A program made the translations under genes and the position numbers. Source: the human T2T-CHM13v2.0 reference genome, Homo sapiens. Taken from it: a stretch of 64,000 nt of DNA. The notes below the pieces were generated by a model. The model worked only from the letters and a program-made list of their open reading frames with translations. It searched no databases and was not told the origin of the DNA. The stretch is from assembly GCF_009914755.1 (NCBI RefSeq), contig NC_060936.1. One strand, given 5' to 3'. This document shows positions 29,038 to 42,510 of the stretch, one piece after another (positions within the stretch are counted from its first letter, which is position 1; the number at the start of each line of letters is the position of its first letter).

Positions 29038-31370
29038 CTGTGACCTTGGGGAAAAAAAAACAAGTTTCAGTCAATATAAAAGCATTTCAGTAATACAAAA
29101 TGTATGTTGTGACCACACAGGAATTAAAAATTGTAATCAATAATAGAGAGATTTCCGTAAAATTTTCAAATTTTTCAGAAATTAAATATGCAGTTTTAGA
29201 TTTCTATGGGTCAAAGAAGACATTAAAAGGAAAATCAGGAAGAATTTTGAAATGAATGAAAATCTTAACACAATATCAAAATCTGCAGGATGTCAATGAC
29301 CCAGAATTTGGGAGGGGGAAGTTTAAATGCCTGTATCAGAAAAGAAGAAAAGCCCTTCGATGACTTCAGCTTCCATCTTAAGAAACTAGAAAAAACAGAT
29401 AAAACTCAAAGGAAGCAGAAGAAAGAATATGTTTTTTAAAAGAGCTCAGAGTAGATTTCAATGAAATGGAAAATAGAAAAAAAAAGAGGGAAATTAATCT
29501 GAAAGCTTGTTTTTAAAGCATATAAAAAGCATTGATAAATACCTTTCACACTGATCAAGAAAAAAAGGCACACAAATTCATAATACCAGGGAGCAGAGAG
29601 ATGGCATCACTACACATTCTAAAGACGCTAAAATGCTGCTAACAATATTACGAACAGTTATGTAGCAGTAAATTTGAAAACATACATAGAAAAAAAAATC
29701 TTGAAAAACAAAACTATTGAAGCTCAAGTTAAGAACAAAGAGCTAACTTCAACAGCCCTATATCTAATAAGGAAATTTGCATTATTAGTTTAAAAAGTTC
29801 TTTAAAGAAAAGTCCAGTTCCAAATGGTTTAACCGTTGAATTCTACCAAATATTTAAGAAAGACACAATACTAATTTTACAAATTTACTTTAAAACATTG
29901 AAAAAAGAAACTATGAGGCCAACATGGCCAGAATACAAAAAACCAGACAAAACTTTACAAGAAAATAAACCTAAGGACTGATATCCTTCATGAACATAAG
30001 CATAACAATTCTAAATAAAATTTTAGCAAACTGAATCTAACAGTGTAAAAAAATCATAATACCTCCAGATCCAGTGTTGCTCATCTTAGGATTGCCTAGT
30101 TGGTTTAAAATTTATATATTCATCAATTATTTACTTCATATTAACAAACTTAAAATGCAAAGTCATAAGATAATCTCACTAGATGTTAAAAAGCATTTGG
30201 CAAAATTCAGCATTCATTCCTGATTAAAATATAAATAAATAAACTTCTAACCAAACTAATCATCAAGGAAGATCCTTGCAATCTGTAAGAGGCATCTACT
30301 GAAAAACCAGTAGTTGGCATCATTCTTACTGGCAAAGTCTGAATGCTTTCCCCATGAAATCAAGAACAAGACAAAAATGCCTGTTTAGATCCCTTGTATT
30401 CAACATTGTACTGGAAGTTCTAGCCAGTGCAATAAGGCAATTAAAAGAAATAAAAGGCACCCAGATGGAATGGGATTAGGAAAACTGCCTTTATTTATAC
30501 ACCATATAGAGAGTGGAAAAACTCCATGTAGGAAACCCAATCAACTCTATCATAAACCTACTGGAACTGCTTAAAACACTTGCAGGGTCCAAGCACAAGA
30601 TTCAGCAAAATCAAACTACAAAAATCCTTTCAAAGAACAATCAGACATCCAAATTGAAATTCAAAGATGCTACATACTTCCAAAGAACAGACTTCCAAAT
30701 TGAAATTCCATTTATAATGCATCAAAAATATAAAATACTTAGGGATAAATAATAAAAATGGGAAAGACCTACATTGAAAACTGTAAGATTTTGCTGGGAA
30801 AACTATAAACAAAGAGATCTATCATGTTCGTAGATGAGAACTCTCAATATTGTTAACATGTTGATTTTTCCCAAATCAATTTATGATTCAATGAAATCCC
30901 AATCAAAATCCATGAAGACACTTTAAATAGAAATTGACAAACTGATTTTAAAATTTATATGGAAAGGCAAAAGACCTAGAATAGCCACAACAATGTTGAA
31001 AAAAAAAGAACAAAATTAGCACTAATCAAAATCATAACATGCTTTTTATATAAAACACAACTAAAGACAATAAAAATGCAAGCCACAGACTGGGTGAAAA
31101 CATTTGCAATCATAAATTTGACAAGAAGTTTGTATCTAGAATATAAAGAATTCTCAAAGTTCAAGAAGAAAAAAAATGACATGAGTGAAAAATGGGAGGA
31201 AAATTTGAACAGGTGCTTCAGCAACATAGATATATGGAAAGCAGGCACACAAATAGGTATTCTGCACCATTAACCATTAGAAAAATAAGAGATTACTACA
31301 TATAGAGATTACTACATAGAGAGAGATTACTACACATCTATTTAAATAGCTAAATTAAAAAGACAAATGG

Positions 31371-31671
31371 GGTCGGGCACAGTGTCTCACGCCTGTAATC
31401 CCGACACTTTGGGAGGCCGAGGCAGGTGGATCACCTAAGGTCGGGAGTTCGAGACCAGCCTGGCCAACATGGCGAAACCCTGTCTCTACTAAAAATACAA
31501 AAATTAGCAGGGCATTGTGGTGGGCGCCTGCAATCCCAGCTACTCGGGAAGCTGAGACAGGAGAAGTGCTTGAATCCAGGAGGCGGAAGTTGCAGTGAGC
31601 CTAGATCATGCCACTCTACTTCACCCTGGGCCATAGAGTGAGACTCCATCTCAAAAAAAAAATAAATAAAA
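31371..31671 (+). mobile_element. AluS
   Basis: Full Alu; TSD aaaaagacaaatg / aaaaagactaatg. Confidence 0.95.
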
Positions 31672-32049
31672 AGACTAATGTCAGGAATGTGAAAGAAATA
31701 CTCCACAATGACTTTGGAATGCAAGTACTTTGGCAATTTCTTCGAGTTAAACATATGCCAAACATATGATCCAACCATCCTAGGCATTTGCCCAAAATAA
31801 ATGAAAAGGTATATCCACAGAAGCCAGCACATGGATTTTCACTGCAGCCTTATTTGTGGATAGCCCCAAATTGGAAGCCAGCCCCTTAACAGGTTAATGG
31901 ATGCACAGAGAGTGGTATCTTCATACAAGGAATACTAATCAACAATAAACAAAATATTATTCAATATTTTAATATTGAATAACATTTTATTAAATATTAG
32001 GAATAAAATGGATGAAGTGTAAAATAGCCACGCTGAGTAAAAGAATCCA

Positions 32050-32410
<361 letters not shown>

Positions 32411-32419
32411 TTATAGTCA

Positions 32420-32689
<270 letters not shown>

Positions 32690-33403
32690 AAAAATCTTTC
32701 TGAGAAGATGGATGGGCTCATTGTCTTGATTGAAGGGAGTTTTTCACAGGTGCATACATATAGCAAAACTTAGGAAACTGCACACTTTCAATGTGCACAG
32801 TTTAGTGTATGTTAATTATACTTCAATAAAGCTGCTAAAAAATACTTGTCCACAATTTATTTGCCACTTTTTCTGTTAACAAACAAACAAACAAACAAAC
32901 AAACCAGATGTAACAGAAAAGTATTTGCAAATAGTTGTGAGTCACCAATGTTGTGGTTCCCCAAACTTTGGAAATCTTCTTTTATATTTCTTTTGTTGGT
33001 GGGAGAGGAAGCTTATTTGTTTCCTTCCTGGGCCCTGGAATTAAAATATGTTGTTGTCTGTGGAAGATACATGAACTCATTACTACCAAATTTAGCAGCT
33101 ATCATCAATAACATCTCTGAAATCACAGTTTTCTGTGCTAATTGTATGATCTTCAATACTCATTAAAATAAATTTCTATTTTTTCACAGTCTACTCTATT
33201 TCCTAAAAATCATCTTTGTATTACCAGTTTGATGTTCTTTGTGGAACACAGTCAGAGCTTAATGTCCATAGTGAAGTGCCTGTCTCCATCTCATTTACCT
33301 TCCTCTCTTACCTCACACTTGCTGTATTTTCTCTAAATATGGTGGTAATTTCAAAAAACATGGGTTTGCTTCTTAATTTTCACTTCTTAATATTCCAGTG
33401 GAT

Positions 33404-33744
<341 letters not shown>

Positions 33745-34189
33745 TTAATGTTACCTCTGTGCTTCTAAAACTCTATCTAAGGATGATCTAGGCTGCCTTG
33801 CTAGTAGAGTCCTAATTTTTGTCTCCAAGTGAACGTCAGGTGCATGAGGTTTAAAAGGTAAAAAGCAGGGAAGGCATTGGTCTCCAGTGGCAGGTGCAGA
33901 AACGCATGTGGGCCTTGGTGGATGGTGAGCACGAAGCGGTGCCAGGTTCCTGACTTCCTCCTGGGCATCAGCCACTTGGGTGCCAACATAATTTGCAAGA
34001 TTTATAGCAGCCTTTCTGACTTTGCCGGCTCAGTCCTTCCTTTGCTGAGTCAACCTTTAATTCTCTACATGAAACAATCCCTGCTAAAAGCATCTAGTGA
34101 CTTCAGATTTATTGTCTAAATCAGTTAGTGTTTTCATATTTGGTTGGTTGGTTTTGTCTTTTAAGCTACTAAACTTTGTGGAATCTCTT

Positions 34190-34450
34190 AAATGGTGGTA
34201 AAATATACATAACATAAAAATTTACGCTGTTAATCATTGGTAGGTGTGCAGCACATTCGCACTGTTGTGCAATTGATCTTCAGAACTATTTTCACCTTTT
34301 GGCAAAACCAAACGCTATTCCTATTTCCCCTGCCCCCAGCAAGCACCATTCTCCTTTTTGTCTCTATGGATTTGACCATTGCAGGTACCTGGTATAAGAA
34401 GAATTCTGCAGTATTTGTCTTTTGTGAATGGTGTATTTCACTTAGCATGA
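34190..34450 (-). mobile_element. L1MB-type 3' end fragment
   Basis: gtggtaaaatatacataacataaaattt...tctctatggatttgacc...tgtatttcacttagcat. Confidence 0.8.
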
Positions 34451-35628
34451 TATTTGAACCAGTTGTATTTTGTCATATTTAATATATGGAACCTTGGCCT
34501 GAGGAATAAAGCAAGTGTTTGATTTTGGATATAAAATAGATTCCTTTCCTAGAATTCTAAGTAGTTCTACCCATGCAAAAAAATTCACATGCTTTGTTTC
34601 TTACTTCTTTTGCAGTTTTCTACTACCCTGATAGACAGTGCATCCAAGTGGCTGACGATAGCTAAGGATAATATGCCAGAGAACCTCTGCCTACTGGCAA
34701 GCCCCAGAAGACCTCTCCTTGTTGTGTTAAGTCACTGAAATCAGACACTCTCACCCACGCTGAGTGTTATCTAGACATAATTTCTCTCTAAATTCTATTA
34801 CTGGCCTTTGGCTGCCGACAAATAAGTTAATTCACATCCACGTCAATAACTCAGTCACACTAAAATTGAATCAATGAGTGTAATGAGGACTCCAAGTATG
34901 CTGTAATTTGGCAACGATGGTACTCATAGTGAGGTGATGAGATTAATCACTGGGTGTCATAAATGAAATGTGCTGGTTCATGAAGAATCCAGCACAATTT
35001 CCCTGGCTGGGATGAGGGTTGGCAGTCGTGGGTTTTCTTGGACAGCGTCGGGCCCATACACTCTGAGGGGAGCCTGAGTGCGCTACCGTGAAAAGATGCG
35101 AGTGCAAAGAATGTTTTCCATCACCTGGAGATTCAGGGTCAAAAGAGTCAGTGTTCTGTTTTGGCTGCCCAGGTTTTGGGGGGATGCTAAATGTCTTTAC
35201 GAGCCTAGGAAACCTGTGGTCCCCCACCTATCCAGAACAATGGAGGAAAATTCGAAATGAAAATACCTCGTGCAAACCTGAAAGCTCATCCATGAAAAAC
35301 TAACAACTTGTTCTGCACGTGAATCTTCTGAGTTTGGTTTTCTGGTTTACAAAACCACAGCAGATCAGAAATAGCAAATTACAAAATGAAACAGAGCAAA
35401 GTATACAGGAAATGACAGTGGGCAATAAGAAAACTCTGGAAAATAATGCAAATACAGCAGGCACGGGACCTCCAAGAACATCTCCGTTTGGGCCATTAAA
35501 TGTAGGAGCAAATAGCTCTACAGGATGCAGCAGGTCTTACGTGTATCTACAAATTTCATCACACTGTCAAGAAACATGTTCATAATTACAATGTTCAGAT
35601 GCCCTGAGGAGACTGATAATCCTTGTAG

Positions 35629-36004
<376 letters not shown>

Positions 36005-36872
36005 GATACATGGTTCTTAATATGTAACAGGCATTGTTATCTAGCATTTGACGGTGCTCATTTCAGACAAAGAAAATGAGGCTCAGAGAAATTAAGTAAC
36101 TTTCTTAAATCACAGAGCCACTAAGTAATGAAGTGTGAATTCAAACCCCAGCAGCCGAGCCCCAGCCCTGCTTTTAAGTACCACAACACATAGCTCACTT
36201 GTGACACTTGCAGATAGCCAAAAGCTTTATTCTATTGGAAACATATCCTACTGCCCTCTAGAATAAAATTATTGGAAATATGTGATATATCTTTAAAAGG
36301 AAACTAACTAATGTAACTCTTTGGAGCCTGGGGGAGCCTGTGCTGTTCTCATTAAGCATGGTTATTAGTGAGTTGATTTCAAAGTTTATTAAATGAGTAA
36401 GTGTGGGAAACAAATTAGGAAATAAACTATTCAGAGGAATAAAAATGACAGAAACACAAGTTTTAAAGTTATAATGTCCTCATGTTACAAAGCATGCGTC
36501 TGTGTGCTGATACAGGCCCATATATATTGAATTCCTACAGACTGATGGTTTTGCAAGCACATTAGATCTCTTTTGGAAAGAATAAACACACATATTTGAT
36601 AAAGAAGTTTGGTAGTAGGAAAATAGATTGGGCTGTTGAGTGCAGGTGATTGTCATGTTCTGTGGTATAAAGATAACCAGCTATGGAGTAAAGGGCTGGA
36701 TTTGATTGCTGTCTCTACTATTTGTAAGCTCTTTGACCTTGTGCAAGTTAACTCCTTGTATCTTTCATTTTCTTATCTGCAAGACTGGGAAAATAGCAAT
36801 ATGTGCTTGCCAAGTTGTGAGGGAGGATTAAATGCATTAGTCTTCATGTATTTCTTAAGACATGGTACTAGA

Positions 36873-37110
36873 TCAGGGGTTCACCAGCTCTTTTCTGTAA
36901 AAGGTGAGACTTTGAAATATTTTCAACATTGTTGGCTACCAGGACAGAACTGCAGCCACTGAGTTACTGAATTCTTTTCTTTTCATGGGAAAATAGCCAT
37001 ACAAAATGCAGAAATGAACGGGCACAGTTGTGTTAACAATGAATCTTCATTTACAAAAACAAGCAGTGGGGCAGATTTGACCTCAGGATTGTGGTTTGCT
37101 GACTGCTTCA
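36873..37110 (+). mobile_element. MER58A (hAT-Charlie), between MIR fragments
   Basis: caggggtt...ttttctgtaaa...agccata...aatgaacgggc...atttacaaaaaca..cagtgggg.agatttg. Confidence 0.75.
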
Positions 37111-38009
37111 CAAGATAAATGTGGGTTATATCATCAAAGGATTTCGATGAGAAGTTAGTGGCATACTATACGAGAAGTGTGTGGTACAGTATCTTGCCTG
37201 TGAAAGGTGTTCAGCGAATGATAGTTATGATGATAAGGCAGATATTTTATATGTAACCTAGAAAATTACATACGGCTTTCAGATCTTCAGACCCTCTGTT
37301 CTTCCTTCTTAATTTTCATCAAGGAAGGTTAAGAAGTAAGGTTAACTTAGCTAAGAAGCAACTACGTGCAGGAATAAAGGTAAGGAAAATGACAGAATTT
37401 GGTTACAGTTCCAAGATTCCTAGTTCAAAATAGAATAGGAAGAAAGGCTGATTTTCTCCTGATGTGGCCTTCCCTGACCTTGCAGTATCTCCGCAGAAGG
37501 CTGTAGACTCTTTCTCCTTTAGAAAACATTAAAGGTGACTACCTTACATTAGTAACAGGTGTATTAATGGGGGTGCTGATGGCAGGCAGGGAACAGGCTG
37601 AATGACATGAATTCTTCCCTTCATAAATGGGCATCTTTCCATGAAAACACAATATCATTTGTTGAATGTCAAGTAGACTAGAATTTCAGACCTGGAAACA
37701 TTTGCCTTGAAGCATCAAAATAATTGAATACTGTAATGGCTCAGCACCTGGCTTAAAGTTATAATACCAGGATTTACATTATTCTTAGCCACAGGCATAT
37801 TTTCCACCAGCTTTTAACAACCCACCACCTCCTTTTCCCCTTCCCTCCCACACAATAACTGGGATGACTTGTCTAGATCTTAGGCAACAATTCTCTTAGC
37901 ACATCAGCTCCTGGAAACAAATGCACTTAACCAGAAAAACAGGGACATCAACCAGCAAAGATGCATCCTCATTTAATAGAGCTTGAAATTACTATAATCT
38001 GTAAAGTAC

Positions 38010-38173
38010 AGCGAGAAGAAGAAGTTTCACCTGCCTGCACATCTGTCGTTGACTCTCCATCTGACTTGGAGGGACTCTGAGGGACCAACCTGAGCCTGAG
38101 AAGAGGCAAGATTCCCCTTCAAGGACACACTGGGAACTTACGGACCTCTTTCTCCATGGTGCAGAGCGCAGAG
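38010..38173 (+). other. Candidate first exon in unique sequence, ending at a splice donor
   Basis: GC-elevated unique stretch ending ccATGGTGCAGAGCGCAGAG|gtaatt; no good upstream acceptor. Start coordinate is a guess. Confidence 0.35.
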
Positions 38174-38820
38174 GTAATTACATAATTGTCTGTTCAATTA
38201 CTTTACTCAAGAGTCACAATCTCAAATTCCATAAGCCACTAGAGAAATGGCATCAATGAATGAAGCAGGTCATTTTAGGGACTTCAGTTAACGGAAAGGG
38301 GTGTGTCCCAACAAAGACTCATACAGTCAACTGTCTCCATGCTGGCATGCCCCACTGTTAATTGATTTCCCACATTTTCAAGGCAGCAGGAAATGTCATT
38401 TTTAATACTTTTATTTTTGGCTTTACAGAATTACTGCAAAGATAGTACAGAGTTCCTGTAAACCCAATGGGGATACCCAGTGCCCCTATTATTGACATCT
38501 TACATTAGTATGGTATATTATTATTATATATTAGTATAGTATTATACATTAGTATAGTGTTATACATATGCATAGTATGTGTGACATACATTATTCATTA
38601 CTATGCGTGTTACTAATAATTATTATATATTAGTATGTATAATAATACATACTAATAATACATATTGTATAGTATTATACATTGGTATTAGTAGTAGCAA
38701 TAATTACTATATGTTAGTATGGTATATTATTAGTATGGTGTATTTGTTATTATTAACTAAAGCTCATATTTTAACCAAAAGTATAAATGGTAAATGTTCT
38801 GGTATTTAAATATTGATCAC

Positions 38821-39604
38821 TGTGATAGGCAGAATAATTGATTCCCTCAAAGATGCCCCCAATACATAAGCAGAATAATTGTTCTCCAAACATTTCGAAG
38901 ATGTTCTAATCTTTGGAACCTATGAATAGGCTACCTTACGTGGCAAAAGAGACTGTGAAGATGTGACTGAGATGAGCGTTAATCTAATGGAGAGACTGGG
39001 AGCTTGTCCTGGACTATCCTGGCAGACCCATTGGAATCACACATATCCTTATTAGAAGGAGGAAGGAGGGTCAGAGTGAGAGGATCTGTGATAAAGGCAG
39101 CAGAGATAGGAGTGATGTGGACATGAGCAAAGGAACACTGGAAGCTTCTGGACGTGGAAAACGGCCAGGAGATAGATTCTACCTGAGAGCCTCAGAAGAA
39201 ATTGAGACTTGAAGACACCTTTAAGGGATAATGATGTTGATGATTCTTTTGTTAGTCCAAAATTATCTTTGTTCAGATTTCAATTCATGAGGTACATATC
39301 CCAGGGGCCCAACCCACACAAAAGAAAAGCTTCATAGTTAAAGTCTTATTAAGAGAAATCAAAATAGGCCAGTGAGGATTTTTCTTTAAACTCTTGAAAT
39401 TGAAAAGACTGACAATGCACTCTGAAATGGTGCTCTCTCTGCTTGCATAATTTTCAAAAGCATAGTCACCCCATCCGCAGTGATACTTCACCTGCAAATC
39501 CAGTAAGACCCATTTTAGATTTCTGAACTGGAGGGTAATACATGTGTGTTGTTGTAAGACTATGCTAGTGGTAATTTGTTGCAGCAGCAAAAGGAGCTAA
39601 TACA
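38821..39604 (+). mobile_element. MLT1D-like LTR interrupted by a templated insertion at 39220-39498
   Basis: tgtgataggcagaataat...taccttacgtggcaaaagagact...gaagacacctt [insert] ccagtaagacccattttagatttctga...gtggtaatttgttgcagcagcaa..ggagctaataca. Confidence 0.85.
39220..39498 (-). repeat. Inverted copy (about 92%) of unique sequence 40022-40294
   Basis: Manual alignment gives about 22 differences, including small indels, over about 275 bp. Confidence 0.97.
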
Positions 39605-40375
39605 GGTTATCAACTCAATGAGAAAGAAATAATCTGTTCCATCAAACACAGACTCATCTTCTAGGCCCCCACTGTGCAGAGGGCGCATGTACGCTGTGTG
39701 ACATTAGTCTCAAAGGGGATTGAGACTGTGCCCCCTCTGCATCTCAGACCTTAAAACAGCACCTGACACAGAGAGAAGACTCATTATATATGGATTAAAG
39801 TAATGCTTTTTAGCCCTTGGAAAACTGCTACATCAATGGTTGTCTTTGTACAAGGAATGATGTGCATTCTTTATTCTTCTTCGGCAAGAAGTGTGAGAAA
39901 TATCAACTCTATTTATCTCTGTCCACTTAGGGCTCCTGAAGTACTCATCCTTATTTCCAAGCAACTTTAAATATGTCTTTGGTTTCTTATTATGGAACAA
40001 AATGAGATACATACTTAACGGTTTGCAGATGAAGTATCATTGCAGATGGGGTGACTATGCTTTTGAAAATTATGCAAGCAGAGACAGCACCATTTCAGAG
40101 TGCATTGTCAGTCTTTCACTTTCAAGGGTCTAAAGAAAAAAATCTCATTGGCCTATTTTGATTTCTCTTAATAAGACTTTAATTGTGAAGCTTTTCTTTT
40201 GTTTGGGTTGGGCCCCTGGGATACGTGCCTCATGAATTGAAATCTGAACAAAGATAATGTTGGGCTAACAAGAGAATCATCATTATTCTTTAAAACTCTG
40301 CAAAGGCCAGTGCGTTTGCACCATTAGACTTCAGTTTTCCTTTGCAAAGAGAAATCAAAGGCGATGTGAGAAGAC

Positions 40376-40387
40376 CACATGCGCGCG

Positions 40388-40437
<50 letters not shown>
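40376..40437. repeat. (GC)8(AC)19 alternating purine-pyrimidine tract
   Basis: Directly visible. Confidence 0.97.
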
Positions 40438-40679
40438 AAGCACAGAAATGGGAATCTCAGAATCAATACATTATTTTTTTCCAGAGAGGTTCTGATAGGA
40501 GAAAGGGCTTTTCTGCATCTCTTTCCCTACATCTTGCCCCTCCTGCCTGCCCTTGTCCTTTCCCCCTGCGCAAACACACTGTAGGCCTAGCCATTGGACA
40601 CCACTGCCTGTGTTTTCCCTGTTTCCTCTTTGACACCTGAACCCTGGCAAGGAAGGCGTAGCCTATGCCATCCTGGGTA

Positions 40680-41160
40680 ATTATAGTTTGAACATTTTCC
40701 CCCCTAAGTCTCATGTTGAAATGGGAGCCCCAGTGTTGGAGGTGGGGTCTGGAGGGAGGTGTTTGGATCGTGGTGGCAGATCCCGATCGTGGTGGCACAT
40801 CCTGATCGTGGTGGCAGATCCCGATCGTGGTGGCAGATCCCTCATGAATGGCTTAGCACCATTCCTTTGGCGATGAGTGAGTTCACAGAAGAGCTGATTG
40901 TTGAAAAGAGCCTGGTCTCCTCTCACTCTCTCACTGCCTCGCTCCTTCTCTCTCTTGCTCCCACCCTCCCTGTGTGATGCCCTGGCTCCCCTTAGCCTTC
41001 CACCATGATTGTTAAGCTTCTTGAGGTCCTCATCAGAAGCAAATACTGGCACTATACTTTGTGTACAGCCTGCAAAACTGTGAGGCAAATAAACATCTTT
41101 TCGTTATAAATTATCCAGTCTCAGATATTCCTTTTTAGTAATGTAAAAATGGCTTAACAC
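40680..41160 (+). mobile_element. MST (MSTA/MSTB) MaLR LTR carrying an internal 19-bp x4 tandem array
   Basis: tctcatgttgaaat...ccccagtgttggaggtgggg...ccttccaccatgattg..aagctt...gtacagcctgca.aactgtgag.caaataaac.tctttt. Confidence 0.88.
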
Positions 41161-42039
41161 ACTAAGTCTGTTTTGAGCACATTCCATGAGGTCTGCTCAC
41201 AGGTGATTGTCTCCTCCACACACCCCGTGTTCTGTGCTGTTGCTGTCGGTGCATGCCTCTCGTGATGTCACTGCTGTGGACACAGCCTGCCCTCCCCTCC
41301 CCAGAATTATATTTCTATGGACCTTGCTCTTCCTATATATTCCAGAAGCAACTCAGTTGGGGTGTGGCCAAGAAGGGAGACAATCACAGAAATGATTTCT
41401 CTCTTCTGCCTCCTTCAGGAAAATCTGGACTCCAAAATCTGGTTCTACTGATACGTGGCTGTGGCCAAAGTCTTTCCACGCCTCCAAGGCCTCCATTTTT
41501 TAATCTTCATAAGAGGGAACAATCCAATCTGCCTATCAGTATTGTGAGTGTATGATGGCTCCCCTGAAGTCCTGCAATTTCTTGACTGCGGGTTCCCAGG
41601 AAATGGCAGATGTGACTGGTAATGATTCATTCATTGTTTCATTAATCAAGCCAGCTTCCACTGATGATCTACTGGGTGCAGGACTCTGGCATGGCAGGCT
41701 GTGCATTCTGGCCACACTCAGTTCAAATTTCAGCCCTGTTTTTTGCTACCTGGGTGAGCTGGGCTGAATTACAGATCCTTTGCACTTCAGTTTTCTCCTC
41801 TCTAAAATAAGCGCTACAGTGGCATCGCCCTCAGAATTGTTTTGTAAGGAAATCAATGAGTGTTTTGCATAACGTGTGCAAGACACATAATTGGCCCTAG
41901 AAAATTTTAAGTAATAATAATGCTACTATTACATTTATAGAATGGCTCAGACAGTGTGACTCCCAAGCTGTGTGTTAACCACTGTAATTATTGCTAGTAA
42001 TGATGTTATTTTAAACTTGTTTAATTATTCCTATATGTA

Positions 42040-42510
42040 CACAGTAGGGCCCCCTTATTTGGGGCTTAGCTTTCATTGATTTTAGTTACCACAGTTCAAA
42101 AATAGTACGGTATTTTGAGATAGAGAGAAGCCACATGCATAAAACTTGTGTTACAGTATATTGTTAAAATTGTTCTATTTTACTATTAATTGTTAGTGCT
42201 AGTCTGTTATTGTGCTTAATTTATACTTTTACAATTTTAATTTTTTGTAGAGATAGGGTCTCACTATGTTGCCCAGGCTGGTCTCGAACTCCTGGCCTCA
42301 AGCAATTTTCTGGCCTCTGCCTCCCAAAGCACTGGAATCACAGACAAGAGCCACCATATCCAACTTCCTAATTTATAAATTAAGCTTTATCATAGTTATA
42401 TACGTATAGAAAAAAACATACTATATGTAAGGTTTATACTATCTGCAGTTTCACACATACACTGAGGGTCTTGGGCTGTATCTTCTGCAGATAATGGAGA
42501 ATAACTGTAT
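42040..42510 (+). mobile_element. MER44A (Tigger) with a nested antisense FLAM/Alu monomer at about 42226-42365
   Basis: cagtagggcccccttat...ttacagtatattgtta.aattgttctattt...gcttaatttata [Alu monomer] aattaagctttatcatag...gcagataa...actgta. Confidence 0.82.

Noticed and set aside
38515-38760. Quasi-periodic tattagtat / attat stretch
   Set aside because: Low-complexity AT expansion seeded from an L1 3' end motif (acattagtatggtat); no stable unit.
40766-40841. Short regular repeats (also 52441-52540) considered as CRISPR-like arrays
   Set aside because: Head-to-tail units without unique spacers, inside eukaryotic LTRs, and no cas genes.
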